Assembly (NCBI GenBank): GCA_027339965.1
Contig: DAHWNL010000047.1
Span: 1 to 64,000, forward strand
Reading direction: 5' to 3'
DNA: 64,000 bases
Origin: Granulicella sp.
Lineage (GTDB): Bacteria > Acidobacteriota > Terriglobia > Terriglobales > Acidobacteriaceae
The notes below the pieces were generated by a model, which was not told the DNA's origin, did no database searches, and saw only the letters and a program-made list of their open reading frames with translations. The position numbers and the translations under genes were made by a program. How positions within the stretch are numbered: the first letter of the stretch is position 1; every line of letters begins with the position of its first letter. Shown here in pieces: positions 20,849-31,136 of this stretch.

Positions 20849-23299
20849 ATGTCCACTGATTTTGTTAGCATAATTAAGCCGACCAGCAAAGAGTCTGGTC
20901 ATGAAGAGCGAGGGAAGGCCTATCCTGTTCTCCCAGTGCGGGATACGGTACTTTTTCCACATGCCGTTCTGCCTCTGACGGTGGGCCGGCAGAGCTCGAT
21001 CCAGCTGATCCAGTCCCTGGGCGAGGAGAAGATGATCCTGGTGGTGGCGCAGCGGGATGCGCGCCAGGACACTCCGGAGGGTGCCGATCTCTATGCCGTG
21101 GGCACTCGCGCGACGGTTCACAAGGTGGTGAAGATGCCGAACCAGAGCCTCTTTGTCTTTACCGAGGGGATGGAGAGGGTGAAGCTGGGAGAGTTCACTC
21201 AGAATCAACCATTCTTGACCGCTTCGTATTCGTCGCTGGAGGAGCTTGCTCTGGAGAGGACGCCGGAGGTGGAGGCTCTGCAACGAAATGTTATGGCCCA
21301 GTTTCAGGAGATCGTGACATCGTCGTCCACCCTTTCGGACGATCTGCAGACGATCGCGCTGAATATTGAGGAGCCCTCGCGGCTGGCGGACTTCATTGCG
21401 GCGAATCTTCCTTTTCTGACGACGGCCGAGAAGCAGGAGCTGCTGGAGACCGCTGAGGTGAAGCGCCGGCTCGACTTGCTCAACAACCTTCTCGCCAAGG
21501 AATTGGGTGTGCAACAGTTGCGCAACAAGATTCAGAGCGAAGTGCAGGACTCCGTGCAACAGTCGCAGCGGGACTTTTATCTGCGTGAGCAGTTGAAGGC
21601 CATTCAGAAGGAGTTGGGCGATCTGGACGAGACCCAGAAGGATGTGGCGGATCTGAAGGAGAGGATTGAAGCTGCGGGCATGCCGGAGGAGACCAAGAGG
21701 GATGCGTTGAAGGAGCTGGCGAGGCTAAGCCGCATGAATCCAGCGGCGGCTGACTACTCCTTGACCCGAAACTACATCGAGTGGCTGGCGGTATTGCCGT
21801 GGTCCAAGAGCTCTTCGACGGAAGTGGACATCAAGAAGGCGAAGGAGTATCTGGATGAGGACCATTACGGCCTGCAGAAGGTGAAGGACCGCATCCTGGA
21901 TTATCTGAGCGTGCGCCGTCTGAAGCCGAACATGAAGGGGCCGATTTTGTGCTTTGTCGGGCCTCCCGGAGTGGGGAAGACTTCCCTGGGGCGATCGATC
22001 GCGCGAGCCCTGGGCCGCAAGTTCTCGCGTATCTCGCTGGGTGGCATGCATGATGAAGCGGAGATTCGCGGGCATCGCCGGACCTACATTGGAGCCTTGC
22101 CCGGGCAGATCATTCAGCAGTTGAAGCGGGTGGAGGTGAACGATCCTGTGTTCATGCTGGATGAGATCGACAAGCTGGGCCGCGACTTCCGTGGCGACCC
22201 TTCCAGCGCCTTGCTGGAGACGCTGGATCCGGAGCAGAACAACACCTTTCGCGACAACTATCTGGATCAACCCTTCGATTTGAGCAAAGTGCTGTTTATA
22301 TGCACCGCCAACCAGCTCGACACGATTCCGGCGGCGCTGCTGGACCGCATGGAGGTCATTGAACTCAACGGATACACGGAAGAAGAGAAGGTGCACATCG
22401 CCGAGCGCTACCTGATTCCGCGCCAGATAAAGGAGAACGGCATTGAGCCCACGGAGGACGAGCAGCCGATCATTGAGATCCCGACCAGCAGCGTGTCCTT
22501 GATTGCCCGTCACTATACGCGTGAGGCCGGGGTGCGCCGCCTGGAGCAGTTGATTGGAACTGTCTGCCGAAAGACGGCGCGTCAGGTGGCGGAAGGTCGC
22601 ACGGAGAAGCTGGTGGTAACGCCGGAGATCGTCCATGAGTTTCTGGGTGGCATCAAGGTGCGGGTGGATACGGAGATTGCGGAGCGGACCAAGCGCGCGG
22701 GAGTCGCAGTGGGTTTGGCCTGGACGCCGGCGGGCGGAGATGTTCTCTTCATCGAAGCCAATCGGATGAAGGGCAAGGGCGGCTTCACCATGACGGGGCA
22801 GATCGGCGATGTAATGAAGGAGTCCATGCAGGCTGCGCTCACCTGGGTGCGGTCCAACGCGTCATCGCTGGGACTGGATGACGATGTGCTGAAGGACACG
22901 GATCTGCACATCCATGTGCCGGCCGGCGCCATTCCCAAGGATGGACCCAGCGCCGGCGTCACCATGGTCACGGCTCTGGTGAGCCTGCTGCTGAATCGGC
23001 CCATCCATCCGCTGCTGGCGATGACGGGGGAGATTACGCTGAGCGGCCACGTTTTGCCTGTGGGCGGCATCAAGGAGAAGTTTCTTGCCGCCAAGCGGGC
23101 CGGGATTCGCGATGTGATTCTTCCGGTCGACGTAAAGACGAACGTGGAGGAAGATCTGTCGCCCGAGCACATCAAAGGAGTCACCATCCATTATGCTGCG
23201 CACATTGAAGACGTCCTGGGCATTGCCCTGCCCAAGACCGTGGGCGAGGCGGCGCAGGACCACGAACTTCGGGAAGAGGTGTTGGCCACGGCAGAGTAA
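20849..23299 (+). CDS. lon: Lon protease
   Basis: GPPGVGKT, DEIDK and PKDGPSAG. Confidence 0.98.
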   Translation: MSTDFVSIIKPTSKESGHEERGKAYPVLPVRDTVLFPHAVLPLTVGRQSSIQLIQSLGEEKMILVVAQRDARQDTPEGADLYAVGTRATVHKVVKMPNQSLFVFTEGMERVKLGEFTQNQPFLTASYSSLEELALERTPEVEALQRNVMAQFQEIVTSSSTLSDDLQTIALNIEEPSRLADFIAANLPFLTTAEKQELLETAEVKRRLDLLNNLLAKELGVQQLRNKIQSEVQDSVQQSQRDFYLREQLKAIQKELGDLDETQKDVADLKERIEAAGMPEETKRDALKELARLSRMNPAAADYSLTRNYIEWLAVLPWSKSSSTEVDIKKAKEYLDEDHYGLQKVKDRILDYLSVRRLKPNMKGPILCFVGPPGVGKTSLGRSIARALGRKFSRISLGGMHDEAEIRGHRRTYIGALPGQIIQQLKRVEVNDPVFMLDEIDKLGRDFRGDPSSALLETLDPEQNNTFRDNYLDQPFDLSKVLFICTANQLDTIPAALLDRMEVIELNGYTEEEKVHIAERYLIPRQIKENGIEPTEDEQPIIEIPTSSVSLIARHYTREAGVRRLEQLIGTVCRKTARQVAEGRTEKLVVTPEIVHEFLGGIKVRVDTEIAERTKRAGVAVGLAWTPAGGDVLFIEANRMKGKGGFTMTGQIGDVMKESMQAALTWVRSNASSLGLDDDVLKDTDLHIHVPAGAIPKDGPSAGVTMVTALVSLLLNRPIHPLLAMTGEITLSGHVLPVGGIKEKFLAAKRAGIRDVILPVDVKTNVEEDLSPEHIKGVTIHYAAHIEDVLGIALPKTVGEAAQDHELREEVLATAE

Positions 23300-23341
23300 C
23301 TCCTCTCCTGTCGGCGTTAGTTTAGAAGGACGGAGGCACCG

Positions 23342-24031
23342 TTGGCTGGGACGAAGCGTATGCTGTTGATCGACACCTGCGGAGAGACGGCCGGCATGGC
23401 GCTGTGCGAAGGCGACAGAGTCCTATTCGCTGTCGACTTGGAAGATCGCCGCGCCTCGGCAGAGATTCTTCCTTCGCTGCGTCATCTTCTGGCTCGGTCC
23501 GGCTGGCATCTCCCGAGCATGAATGCGATTGGCGTGGTGCGCGGTCCCGGTTCGTTCACCGGTGTTCGAATCGGATTGTCCTTTGCCAAGGGGTTGTGTG
23601 AATCGACCGGCCTCAGGCTGGCCGCGGTGTCTCGGCTGGAGTCTCTTTCCGATGCTGCCGCTTGCGCCGCCGCGGGGGTTCCGCCTTCTCCTCTACCGGC
23701 GCTGGCCGCGCTTGACGCCGGGCGCGGTCAAGTCTATGTGCGAGAGATCGCCTCAGGCCGCGAGTGGCTCACTGCGGTGGGCGACCTGCACAGCCAATGC
23801 CAGAACGGCCATGCGGTTGCAGTTGCCGAGCAGCGCCTGGCAGAGCGTCTGTCCGGATGTTGTGTTCGGCTGCATCCCCTGCAAGCAGGTCATGCGCTCC
23901 CCGCGGTCTTACGCCGGCTTCAGGAGGGCGGCAGTGATGTGGAGTGCGAAGCCAACTATCTTCGCACTGAATCGAACCTGTACCACACTTCAGCTCGGAT
24001 GTTCGAAACGGGGCCGGAAAAGGCGTTCTGA
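23342..24031 (+). CDS. tsaB: t6A biosynthesis protein TsaB
   Basis: LLIDT, GPGSFTGVRIG and DAGRGQVY. Confidence 0.9.
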   Translation: MAGTKRMLLIDTCGETAGMALCEGDRVLFAVDLEDRRASAEILPSLRHLLARSGWHLPSMNAIGVVRGPGSFTGVRIGLSFAKGLCESTGLRLAAVSRLESLSDAAACAAAGVPPSPLPALAALDAGRGQVYVREIASGREWLTAVGDLHSQCQNGHAVAVAEQRLAERLSGCCVRLHPLQAGHALPAVLRRLQEGGSDVECEANYLRTESNLYHTSARMFETGPEKAF

Positions 24032-24076
24032 TCCGCGCCGGCCGAATCGAGGCGCCGGGTGCCCGGTGGAGACTTC

Positions 24077-24619
24077 ATGATTCACGACAGGAAGATCGCA
24101 GCGCATCCGGAAATCCCTTGGGGCGTGCGTCGAGCCATGCCTGCCGATCTGGAGGTGCTTCTGGCCATCCAGCACGGATCTCCGCAAGCGCCGGCCTGGA
24201 GCAGCCCAACCTGGCAGCGGATGCTCAACCTTGATCAGGCAGGCTCACTCTCGCGCGTCTGTCTGGTCGCTGAGGGCAAGAATCCAACTCTGCGCAGCCG
24301 ATGGGTTCTGGGCTTCTGCGTCGCCTGTTGCGCTGGAGAGTGGTCCGAGTTGGAGAGCGTTGTCACCGAGGTTTCGGCTCGCGGCCAGGGAGTGGGCAGG
24401 ATGCTGTGTCGCGAGGTGATGGATTGGTCCAGAGGGCAGGGAGCAAGAGTCATGGACCTGGAGGTTCGAGCCTCCAACCTGACTGCCCAGGCTCTCTACC
24501 GATCTTTGGGATTTGCGGACCAGGGAGCGCGCCGGAGGTATTATCAAGACCCAATCGAGGATGCTGTTCTCATGTCTGCCGAGCTGTTGACGGCGGCGGC
24601 TACAAGAGTGCTCCCGTAG
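24077..24619 (+). CDS. rimI: RimI-like GNAT acetyltransferase
   Basis: LEVRASN..LYRSLGF..RRRYY..EDAVLM, in the usual position after tsaB. Confidence 0.8.
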   Translation: MIHDRKIAAHPEIPWGVRRAMPADLEVLLAIQHGSPQAPAWSSPTWQRMLNLDQAGSLSRVCLVAEGKNPTLRSRWVLGFCVACCAGEWSELESVVTEVSARGQGVGRMLCREVMDWSRGQGARVMDLEVRASNLTAQALYRSLGFADQGARRRYYQDPIEDAVLMSAELLTAAATRVLP

Positions 24620-24665
24620 TTGGAGAAGCCTGGCCGGCCGGGATGCGAAGGTATAATCAAGGGCT

Positions 24666-25325
24666 ATGGTTCGGGATGGTTTTTTCTACGGAGCTTCGCT
24701 GCTCGGAGTTGCCGTGCTTGTGTATCTGTGGACGCATTGGCTGAGCCTGACACTGATTCCGGTCGCCTTGGCGGCGTTTTTTCTCTGGTTCTTCCGCGAT
24801 CCCGAGCGTAGGATTCCGGAGGGTGACGGCCTGATTGTCTCTCCGGCGGACGGCAAGGTGGAGGGCGCGGAGTGGATCGAGACCTCTTCGGGCAGCCGGC
24901 TTCGGGTGACGATCTTCCTGAGCGTGGTGGATGTTCACGTCAACCGGGTTCCGATCAGCGGCAGGGTGACGCTGGTGGAGTATAGAAGCGGCGATTTTCT
25001 CAACGCGATGGATCCGGAGTCTGCCGTGGTGAATGAGCAGACGCTGATTGCGATTGAAGATGGCCCGTTCACGGTGAGCTTCAAACAGATTGCCGGCCTG
25101 CTGGCGCGCCGCATCGTGTGCAATCTGAAGGCTGGAGATACAGTGCTGCGAGGGCAGCGCATGGGTATGATCAAGTTCGGTTCCCGCGTGGATGTGCTGA
25201 TGCCGGCTGATGTGGAGCTGCGGGTGAAGCAGGGCGAACGGGTGAAGGGCGGCAGTTCCATTCTGGGGGTCCTGCCGGGCTACAGCGGCGAAGCGGCCAA
25301 GCGCGCTTCCGACGGACGGAACTGA
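24666..25325 (+). CDS. psd: Phosphatidylserine decarboxylase proenzyme
   Basis: FFRDPER, SPADG, DVHVNR and the KFGSRVD cleavage motif. Confidence 0.93.
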   Translation: MVRDGFFYGASLLGVAVLVYLWTHWLSLTLIPVALAAFFLWFFRDPERRIPEGDGLIVSPADGKVEGAEWIETSSGSRLRVTIFLSVVDVHVNRVPISGRVTLVEYRSGDFLNAMDPESAVVNEQTLIAIEDGPFTVSFKQIAGLLARRIVCNLKAGDTVLRGQRMGMIKFGSRVDVLMPADVELRVKQGERVKGGSSILGVLPGYSGEAAKRASDGRN

Positions 25326-26158
25326 TGGCCCAGGGAACTCACTCTTCGGCTCGGCGAGGCATGTACATTCTGCCGTCGTTGTTCACCGCGGGCACCATTG
25401 CGCTGGGCTATTACGTCATCATGGAGAGTATTCGCGGGACCGTTGTCAGCGACCCCGGGCTGCGCGGGATGGCGTTTGATCGAGCGGCCCTGGCGATTAT
25501 CTTTGCCATCGTCTTTGATGGCCTGGATGGCCGCATTGCCCGCATGACCAATACCTCCAGCGAGTTTGGTAAGGAGTTGGACTCGCTGGCGGATGTGATT
25601 ACCTTCGGGGTGGCTCCCAGCCTGCTGGCCTATCTCTGGGGAGTTCGCCAGCTTGCGCCCAGTGGCCACCCTGAGATTGAAGGCCGGGTGATGCACTTCG
25701 GCATCGTGGTGTGCTTCCTGTTTCTTATCTGCGGTGCAAGCCGCCTGGCGCGCTTCAACATCAGCGTGAATCCGCAGCCGCGCAACCCCGGACTACCGGG
25801 CAGAAAGTACTTTGTGGGCATGCCCATCCCGGCGGCAGCCGGCGTCCTGGCGGCCGTAATTCACTTTGAGGCGGGCTCTCCGGTGTATAGCGTTTGGATC
25901 TCGCTGGTGTGGCTGGGTCTGGTAGCCTTCACCGGCTTCCTGATGGTGAGCAGCTGGCGTTTCTGGAGCGGCAAAGAGATTGACATGAACGCTCGCAAGC
26001 CAGGCCGTCTGCTGGCCGTAGTCGTGGTGATCATCGGAGTTGTGGTGGAGTGGCACCAGACGGCCCTGTTGGTCATGGCGCTGGGGTATCTGGTTTCGGG
26101 AGTCATGGCGAGACTGGCCTATTCGTTGAAGCGCCGCATGACGCAGCGTGCTTCTTAG
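25325..26158 (+). CDS. pssA: CDP-diacylglycerol-serine O-phosphatidyltransferase
   Basis: DGLDGRIAR..FGKELDSLADVITFGVAP and RLARFN. Overlaps the psd stop. Confidence 0.93.
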   Translation: MAQGTHSSARRGMYILPSLFTAGTIALGYYVIMESIRGTVVSDPGLRGMAFDRAALAIIFAIVFDGLDGRIARMTNTSSEFGKELDSLADVITFGVAPSLLAYLWGVRQLAPSGHPEIEGRVMHFGIVVCFLFLICGASRLARFNISVNPQPRNPGLPGRKYFVGMPIPAAAGVLAAVIHFEAGSPVYSVWISLVWLGLVAFTGFLMVSSWRFWSGKEIDMNARKPGRLLAVVVVIIGVVVEWHQTALLVMALGYLVSGVMARLAYSLKRRMTQRAS

Positions 26159-26198
26159 GGTCTGCTTTTTTGAAGCAATGCGTTACCCATGCTGCAGC

Positions 26199-27395
26199 TT
26201 AGCGCTCTACCGCCAAGGCGACGGAGTTGCCTCCGCCCAAACAGAGCGCAGCCACTCCCTTGAGCGCGTCGCGGCGCTGCATCTCATAGAGCAAGGTGAC
26301 CAGGATGCGAGCGCCGCTGGCGCCGATGGGATGGCCGATGGCGACAGCTCCACCGTTGACGTTGACGCGGTCCAGTGAAAGACCGAGTTCCCGGGTGACG
26401 CCGAGCGCTTGGACGCTGAATGCCTCGTTGAGTTCAAAGAGATCGACATCCTGGAGCGACCAGCCGGCACGGACCAGCAGCTTTTGCACCCCTGTGACGG
26501 GAGCCAGCATCACCCAGCGTGGAGCCACGCCGCTGGTGGCATGGGCGCGAAGGGTGGCCAGCGGCTTCAGGCGCAGTTGATGCGCCCGTTCCCTGGACAT
26601 GAGCAGGACGGCGGCGGCGGCGTCATTCATGCCGGGAGCGTTTCCGGCGGTTACGGTTCCGTCAGCCTTGAACGCCGGCTGGAGCGCGGCAAGCGCCTGC
26701 AGGGATGCGTCAGGACGGATGCTCTCGTCGTGTGCCAGGGTGCTGGGAGCCGCTCCTTTTTTGGCCGGGAGGGCGATGGGAACGATCTCGTCGCCGAAGC
26801 GTCCCGCTTGCGATGCGGCAGAAGCTTTGCGGTGCGAGCCGAGCGCGTATTCGTCCTGCTCCTGGCGGCCGATGGAGTGCTTTTCCGCCACCAGCTCCGC
26901 CGTCATGCCCATGTGCTGATGTTCCATGGCGCACCACAGACCATCGTGAATCATAGAGTCGATCATCTGGCCGTCGCCTGCGCGCAGTCCGGTGCGCACC
27001 TTGGGCAGGAGATAGGGCGCGTTGGACATGGACTCCATACCGCCGGCAACGGCGATCTCCGAGTCGCCGGCGGCGATGGCGTGCGCGGCCAGGGCGATGG
27101 CCTTTAGCCCCGAGCCGCAGACCATGTTGATGGTGAACGCCGAGGTCGTGTCGGACAGCCCCGCGCGCAGCGCGGCCTGACGAGCGGGATTCTGGCCCAG
27201 GCCCGCGGGAAGGACGCATCCCATGATGCAGTCCGTTATCGCCGAAGGATCCACCGCGCATCCCTGGATGGCGGTCCGCTCTACCGTGGCGCGCACCGCA
27301 ACCGCTCCGAGTTCCACGGCGGAGAAGTGAGAGAGTGAGCCAAGAAACCTGCCCACCGGGGTTCGAGCTGCACTGACGATCACCACTTCACGCAT
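26199..27395 (-). CDS. Acetyl-CoA C-acetyltransferase (thiolase)
   Basis: NMVCGSG, NEAF, GHPIGASG and CLGGG. Confidence 0.95.
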   Translation of the reverse strand: MREVVIVSAARTPVGRFLGSLSHFSAVELGAVAVRATVERTAIQGCAVDPSAITDCIMGCVLPAGLGQNPARQAALRAGLSDTTSAFTINMVCGSGLKAIALAAHAIAAGDSEIAVAGGMESMSNAPYLLPKVRTGLRAGDGQMIDSMIHDGLWCAMEHQHMGMTAELVAEKHSIGRQEQDEYALGSHRKASAASQAGRFGDEIVPIALPAKKGAAPSTLAHDESIRPDASLQALAALQPAFKADGTVTAGNAPGMNDAAAAVLLMSRERAHQLRLKPLATLRAHATSGVAPRWVMLAPVTGVQKLLVRAGWSLQDVDLFELNEAFSVQALGVTRELGLSLDRVNVNGGAVAIGHPIGASGARILVTLLYEMQRRDALKGVAALCLGGGNSVALAVER

Positions 27396-28056
27396 AAGCA
27401 CTCCATCCGGCCTGACGGGCCAAGAGGGCGTGCCCATCGCATTGGCCAAACACGATGACGAGGCGCGCAGCGCTGAGAACGATCCAGCGCGTCATGGCCG
27501 CACGTAGTATACGATGCGCAAGCGGCGAACAGACTCTGGTCGGAAGGGAGCAGAGTGTCGAGAGCGGCTTTCTACCCTGAATCCTCGACATCGCATTGCC
27601 TCCCGGATCGCGCCAGGGATGGAGCCGGCAGTAAAGGCTCCTACAGGTTGCATGGCCTCTGTTCTCGGTGTGGGGAGGAGATTTCGCACGCTGCGACGAG
27701 CAGAGTTCAGATGCTTCTCGATGCTGCGCCACCGGAAGACCTCATAAAACCTCCCCAGCTGCGAATCCTTGCACGAGGAGCAAGACTGTGGGTGAGGGAA
27801 GCCGGCCGGCGGAGGCAATGGAAAGATCTCGTTCGACGCCGGGCCCCATTCTGAAGAGAGATTCGCGTGCAGCAATTTTCCGTCTCGGGCTTCACCTATC
27901 TGGAGTGTGCGGCTTCCACTGTTTTGGCGAGGCAGGATGGAAAGATCCGCATCTGGACAGACGGGGGTCCGCGGAAGGACGGAAGCGCGAAGGAAAAAAT
28001 CCTTGTATGGCCTTCTTTTTTTCTTGACTCTTCGACGCAGGAAAACTATACCTTCG

Positions 28057-28195
28057 ATAGCTGCTCTCTACAGACAGAGCAGCGTCGATGTTCACCATCG
28101 ATTGGGAGCGCAGGCAAACGCAACCAAGGCAAAGCACGAAAGAAAAAGGCAACACACCCAGGGAACGCTCTTGAAGCGTTCCCTGATGTGTTTTT
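28057..28195 (+). ncRNA. Candidate sRNA (sRNA-A, about 140 nt)
   Basis: TTGACT-N17-TATACC upstream, two hairpins, an A-rich tract with three AGGCAA, an intrinsic terminator, and no plausible ORF. Confidence 0.6.
28159..28195 (+). terminator. Intrinsic terminator
   Basis: CAGGGAACGCT-CTTGA-AGCGTTCCCTG followed by ATGTGTTTTT. Confidence 0.8.
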
Positions 28196-28274
28196 AGCGC
28201 CTTCTCAAGTGTCGTGAGGAGGGGCGAATCGAGACGCCGAATTCCTTCTTGCCATCAAGCAGTATGCTGGACCC

Positions 28275-29003
28275 ATGACCAGAAGACGATGGATTGCCGA
28301 TACATGGACTGAGACCAGCGCGAGCTTGCGGGGAGAGCAGGCGGCGCATCTTGCGCGGGTCCTGCGGGCGCAGACGGGACAAGTATTTGACGTAGTGGCG
28401 AATGGATTCCTGCATCGCGCGGAGGTTATTTCCGCCGGTGAGAATGAGGTGGTATTTGCCCTGAAGGAGCAACTAGAGGCTGAGGTCTGTCTCCGAATCC
28501 ACCTTTTGATGGCCGTCTTCAAGTTCGATCATATGGAGTGGGGGATGGAAAAGGCTACCGAGCTGGGTGCAGCTCGCCTCTCTCCGGTGATCGCGCGAAG
28601 GACAGAGAAGCATCTGGCCCAGGCCGCCGCCAAGCGTGTAGAGCGCTGGAGAAGGATCGTACGGGAAGCTGCGCAACAGTCGCGGCGCAGCGATGTACCG
28701 GTGGTGGACGATCCCGTCGCGTTGAAGGCGGCGCTGGGTGGCGTGAGCGCGGAGACGAGATTTTTGCTGGCGGAGATCGAGCAGGAAAACTCCCTGCGCA
28801 ACGAGCTGGCCCGCGAGCGGCTGCGTGAGAGCCTTCCGGTAGCGCTGGCGATAGGGCCGGAAGGCGGATGGACGGCCGAGGAGATGGCGCTATTCCGTCA
28901 GAACGGGTGGAGGCCAGTGACGCTTGGACCCCGGATCCTGCGTGCGGAGACGGCAGCCATCGCCGGCCTGGCGGTCTGCGCGGCAATGTTGCAGGGGTCT
29001 TGA
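28275..29003 (+). CDS. rsmE: 16S rRNA m3U1498 methyltransferase
   Basis: HLARVLR, EKATELG, IGPEGG and LGPRILRAETA. Confidence 0.95.
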   Translation: MTRRRWIADTWTETSASLRGEQAAHLARVLRAQTGQVFDVVANGFLHRAEVISAGENEVVFALKEQLEAEVCLRIHLLMAVFKFDHMEWGMEKATELGAARLSPVIARRTEKHLAQAAAKRVERWRRIVREAAQQSRRSDVPVVDDPVALKAALGGVSAETRFLLAEIEQENSLRNELARERLRESLPVALAIGPEGGWTAEEMALFRQNGWRPVTLGPRILRAETAAIAGLAVCAAMLQGS

Positions 29004-29259
29004 TCTTTCCTGGCGAGGAGAAGAGCGATGCAAAGAATCTGTTTCGTGGCTGACGGTCTGTGGAGATTGCTGCTTTGCGGAGTTCCAAGCGGATGCATCT
29101 GGGCGTCGATTCAGCTCCAGAGGCTCAGGTTCTGAGACACCCCCGCCAGTTCGGCGGATCTGTTCTACCGTTCCGACGCTTGCGGCGCCTCGCGGAACTT
29201 CTCGGGGTGTTGCTTGCGAACTATAGCATTTTCAGTGTTGATGGGTGTTCCGAAGAGGG

Positions 29260-29299
29260 CTTCTATGGGCGTTTTCCTTGGGGAAAACGCCCATAGAAG
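29260..29299. terminator. 18-bp perfect hairpin between convergent rsmE and S1-paralog genes
   Basis: CTTCTATGGGCGTTTTCC-TTGG-GGAAAACGCCCATAGAAG. Confidence 0.6.
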
Positions 29300-29333
29300 T
29301 CGAGACATTGGATACTCCTGCACTGAAACTGCT

Positions 29334-31058
29334 TTAGTCGAGCTGCACCTCAATGGACTGGGACTCGATGTCCAGTTTCAGGATCCGAAAGCTGCGAATC
29401 TGTCCAGGGGCCAAAGGTTCAATCTTCGCCGGTAAGGCTGCGCTACCCTTCCATCGTGCGCTGAGCATCGAAGTTAGCTGTGAAAGATCGGCACCCGCGC
29501 TGCCGGAGTCCGCCGCCGGCGCAGGGCTGCGGCTAAGCAAACACGGGGCGCGAACCCCTTCTCCCAGCTCCACGATGACTGCTTCCGCGGTGTGTTCCGC
29601 ACTGGGAACGGAAACGACCCGTCCCGAAACGAGATCTCCTGGACGATGCTCTTGCAGATACTCAGAAAGTCCAGTGGGCGCGAGTTGCTTGATGCTCAGG
29701 CGAATCTGCCGTTTCTCAACGTCCAGGCCTGTGACCTCCGCCTTCACGGTTTCACCGATCCGCAGCACATCCTGGGGATGATGGATTCTGCGCTCCGCAC
29801 TGATCTCGCTGATGTGGAGGAGTCCTTCCACGCCTTCCGAAAGTTGAACAAATGCACCGAACTTCATCAGACGGGTCACCTGTCCCTGGACCACTGCGCC
29901 CACAGGGAACTTTTGCGGCACATCGTTCCATGGGTCGCCAAGGGCCTGCTTCAGCCCCAGAGAGATTCGCTTCTCCCCGCTGTTTACCGAAAGGATCATC
30001 ACCTCCACGTTATCCCCAGGTTTCAGTAGATCGCTCGGCTTGCGCACCTTCTTGACCCAGGACATCTCAGAGACATGAACAAGTCCCTCGATGCCCGGCT
30101 CCAGTTCCACGAACGCTCCGAAGTCCAGCAGACGCGTCACCGTGCCGGTAACACGCTGACCCGCCTGGTATCTCTCCGCCGCGCTAGTCCAGGGTTCCGG
30201 CTGGAGTTGTTTCAACCCCAGGGAGATGCGCCTTGTCTGCGGGTCGACGCTGAGAACCTTTAACTCGATGGATTGCCCCAGGCTCAAGAGATCCTCGGCC
30301 GAACTGACACGGCTCCATGCCATATCGCTGATGTGTAGCAGGCCGTCGATTCCGCCCAGGTCAATAAAAGCTCCGTAGGGCGCAAAGCTACGCACCGTGC
30401 CTTGCACGATAGCTCCTTCGCGGAGGGCGGCGACGCGGCTTTGTTGAAGAGCCAGGGCCACTTCCTCCATCACGGAGCGCCGGTCTACCACCACGTCCTC
30501 TTCCAGGCTGTCCAGTTTGGTGATCCGGCAGGTAATCTGCTGTCCCACCAGTTGCTCCATCTCCCCGGCATCTCTGGTTCCGCTGCGGGAAGCGGGGAGA
30601 AACGCTCGGACTCCGAGATCCACGGTGAGCCCACCCTTGACAACTCCTGTGACGGTGCCAACGACAGGAGTCTTCTGGGCAAAGGCCTGCTCCAGCGATT
30701 TCCAATCGGTGGGTTGGGTGACCCGCAGCAAGGAGAGTTCATAGTAGCCTTCTGGATTCCGCCCCGTGATGGAGACGGCAAGGGTGCTTCCTTGGCGCAG
30801 ATCTTCGGAGCGGTTCGCGCAGAGCTCCCTGGCAAGCACACCTTCGGTCTTGTATCCGATGTCGAGGTACACGAACTCTGCATCCATGGAGACGACCGTG
30901 CCCTGCAACTGCTTTCCATCTCCTTCACTGCGATGCGAATGCGTTTGTTCGAATTCGGAGAGTTGGTCAGCGAAGGAGACGGTGACTGGAGCCGGGGGCT
31001 GGGCAGCAGCGTCAGTGGCAGGGGCGGAGGCAGGAATGGGCTGTTCTGGCATCTTCAT
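29334..31058 (-). CDS. Ribosomal protein S1-like multi-S1-domain protein (probable paralog)
   Basis: Repeated YGAFIDLGGIDGLLHISDM, FGAFVELEPGIEGLVHVSEMSW and FGAFVQLSEGVEGLLHISEI, with a divergent C-terminus. Start may be 31127. Confidence 0.88.
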   Translation of the reverse strand: MKMPEQPIPASAPATDAAAQPPAPVTVSFADQLSEFEQTHSHRSEGDGKQLQGTVVSMDAEFVYLDIGYKTEGVLARELCANRSEDLRQGSTLAVSITGRNPEGYYELSLLRVTQPTDWKSLEQAFAQKTPVVGTVTGVVKGGLTVDLGVRAFLPASRSGTRDAGEMEQLVGQQITCRITKLDSLEEDVVVDRRSVMEEVALALQQSRVAALREGAIVQGTVRSFAPYGAFIDLGGIDGLLHISDMAWSRVSSAEDLLSLGQSIELKVLSVDPQTRRISLGLKQLQPEPWTSAAERYQAGQRVTGTVTRLLDFGAFVELEPGIEGLVHVSEMSWVKKVRKPSDLLKPGDNVEVMILSVNSGEKRISLGLKQALGDPWNDVPQKFPVGAVVQGQVTRLMKFGAFVQLSEGVEGLLHISEISAERRIHHPQDVLRIGETVKAEVTGLDVEKRQIRLSIKQLAPTGLSEYLQEHRPGDLVSGRVVSVPSAEHTAEAVIVELGEGVRAPCLLSRSPAPAADSGSAGADLSQLTSMLSARWKGSAALPAKIEPLAPGQIRSFRILKLDIESQSIEVQLD

Positions 31059-31069
31059 CGGCACTCTAT

Positions 31070-31109
31070 TTTGTCTCGAACCATCCGTGTTTGTCTCGAA
31101 CCATCCGTG
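31070..31109. repeat. Exact 20-nt tandem duplication
   Basis: TTTGTCTCGAACCATCCGTG twice (31070-31089, 31090-31109). Confidence 0.95.
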
Positions 31110-31136
31110 GTGGATTCCGGTCACCATCCGAATCCC

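Noticed and set aside
31070..31109. Possible CRISPR repeat
   Set aside because: Only two abutting copies, no spacer, no cas genes.
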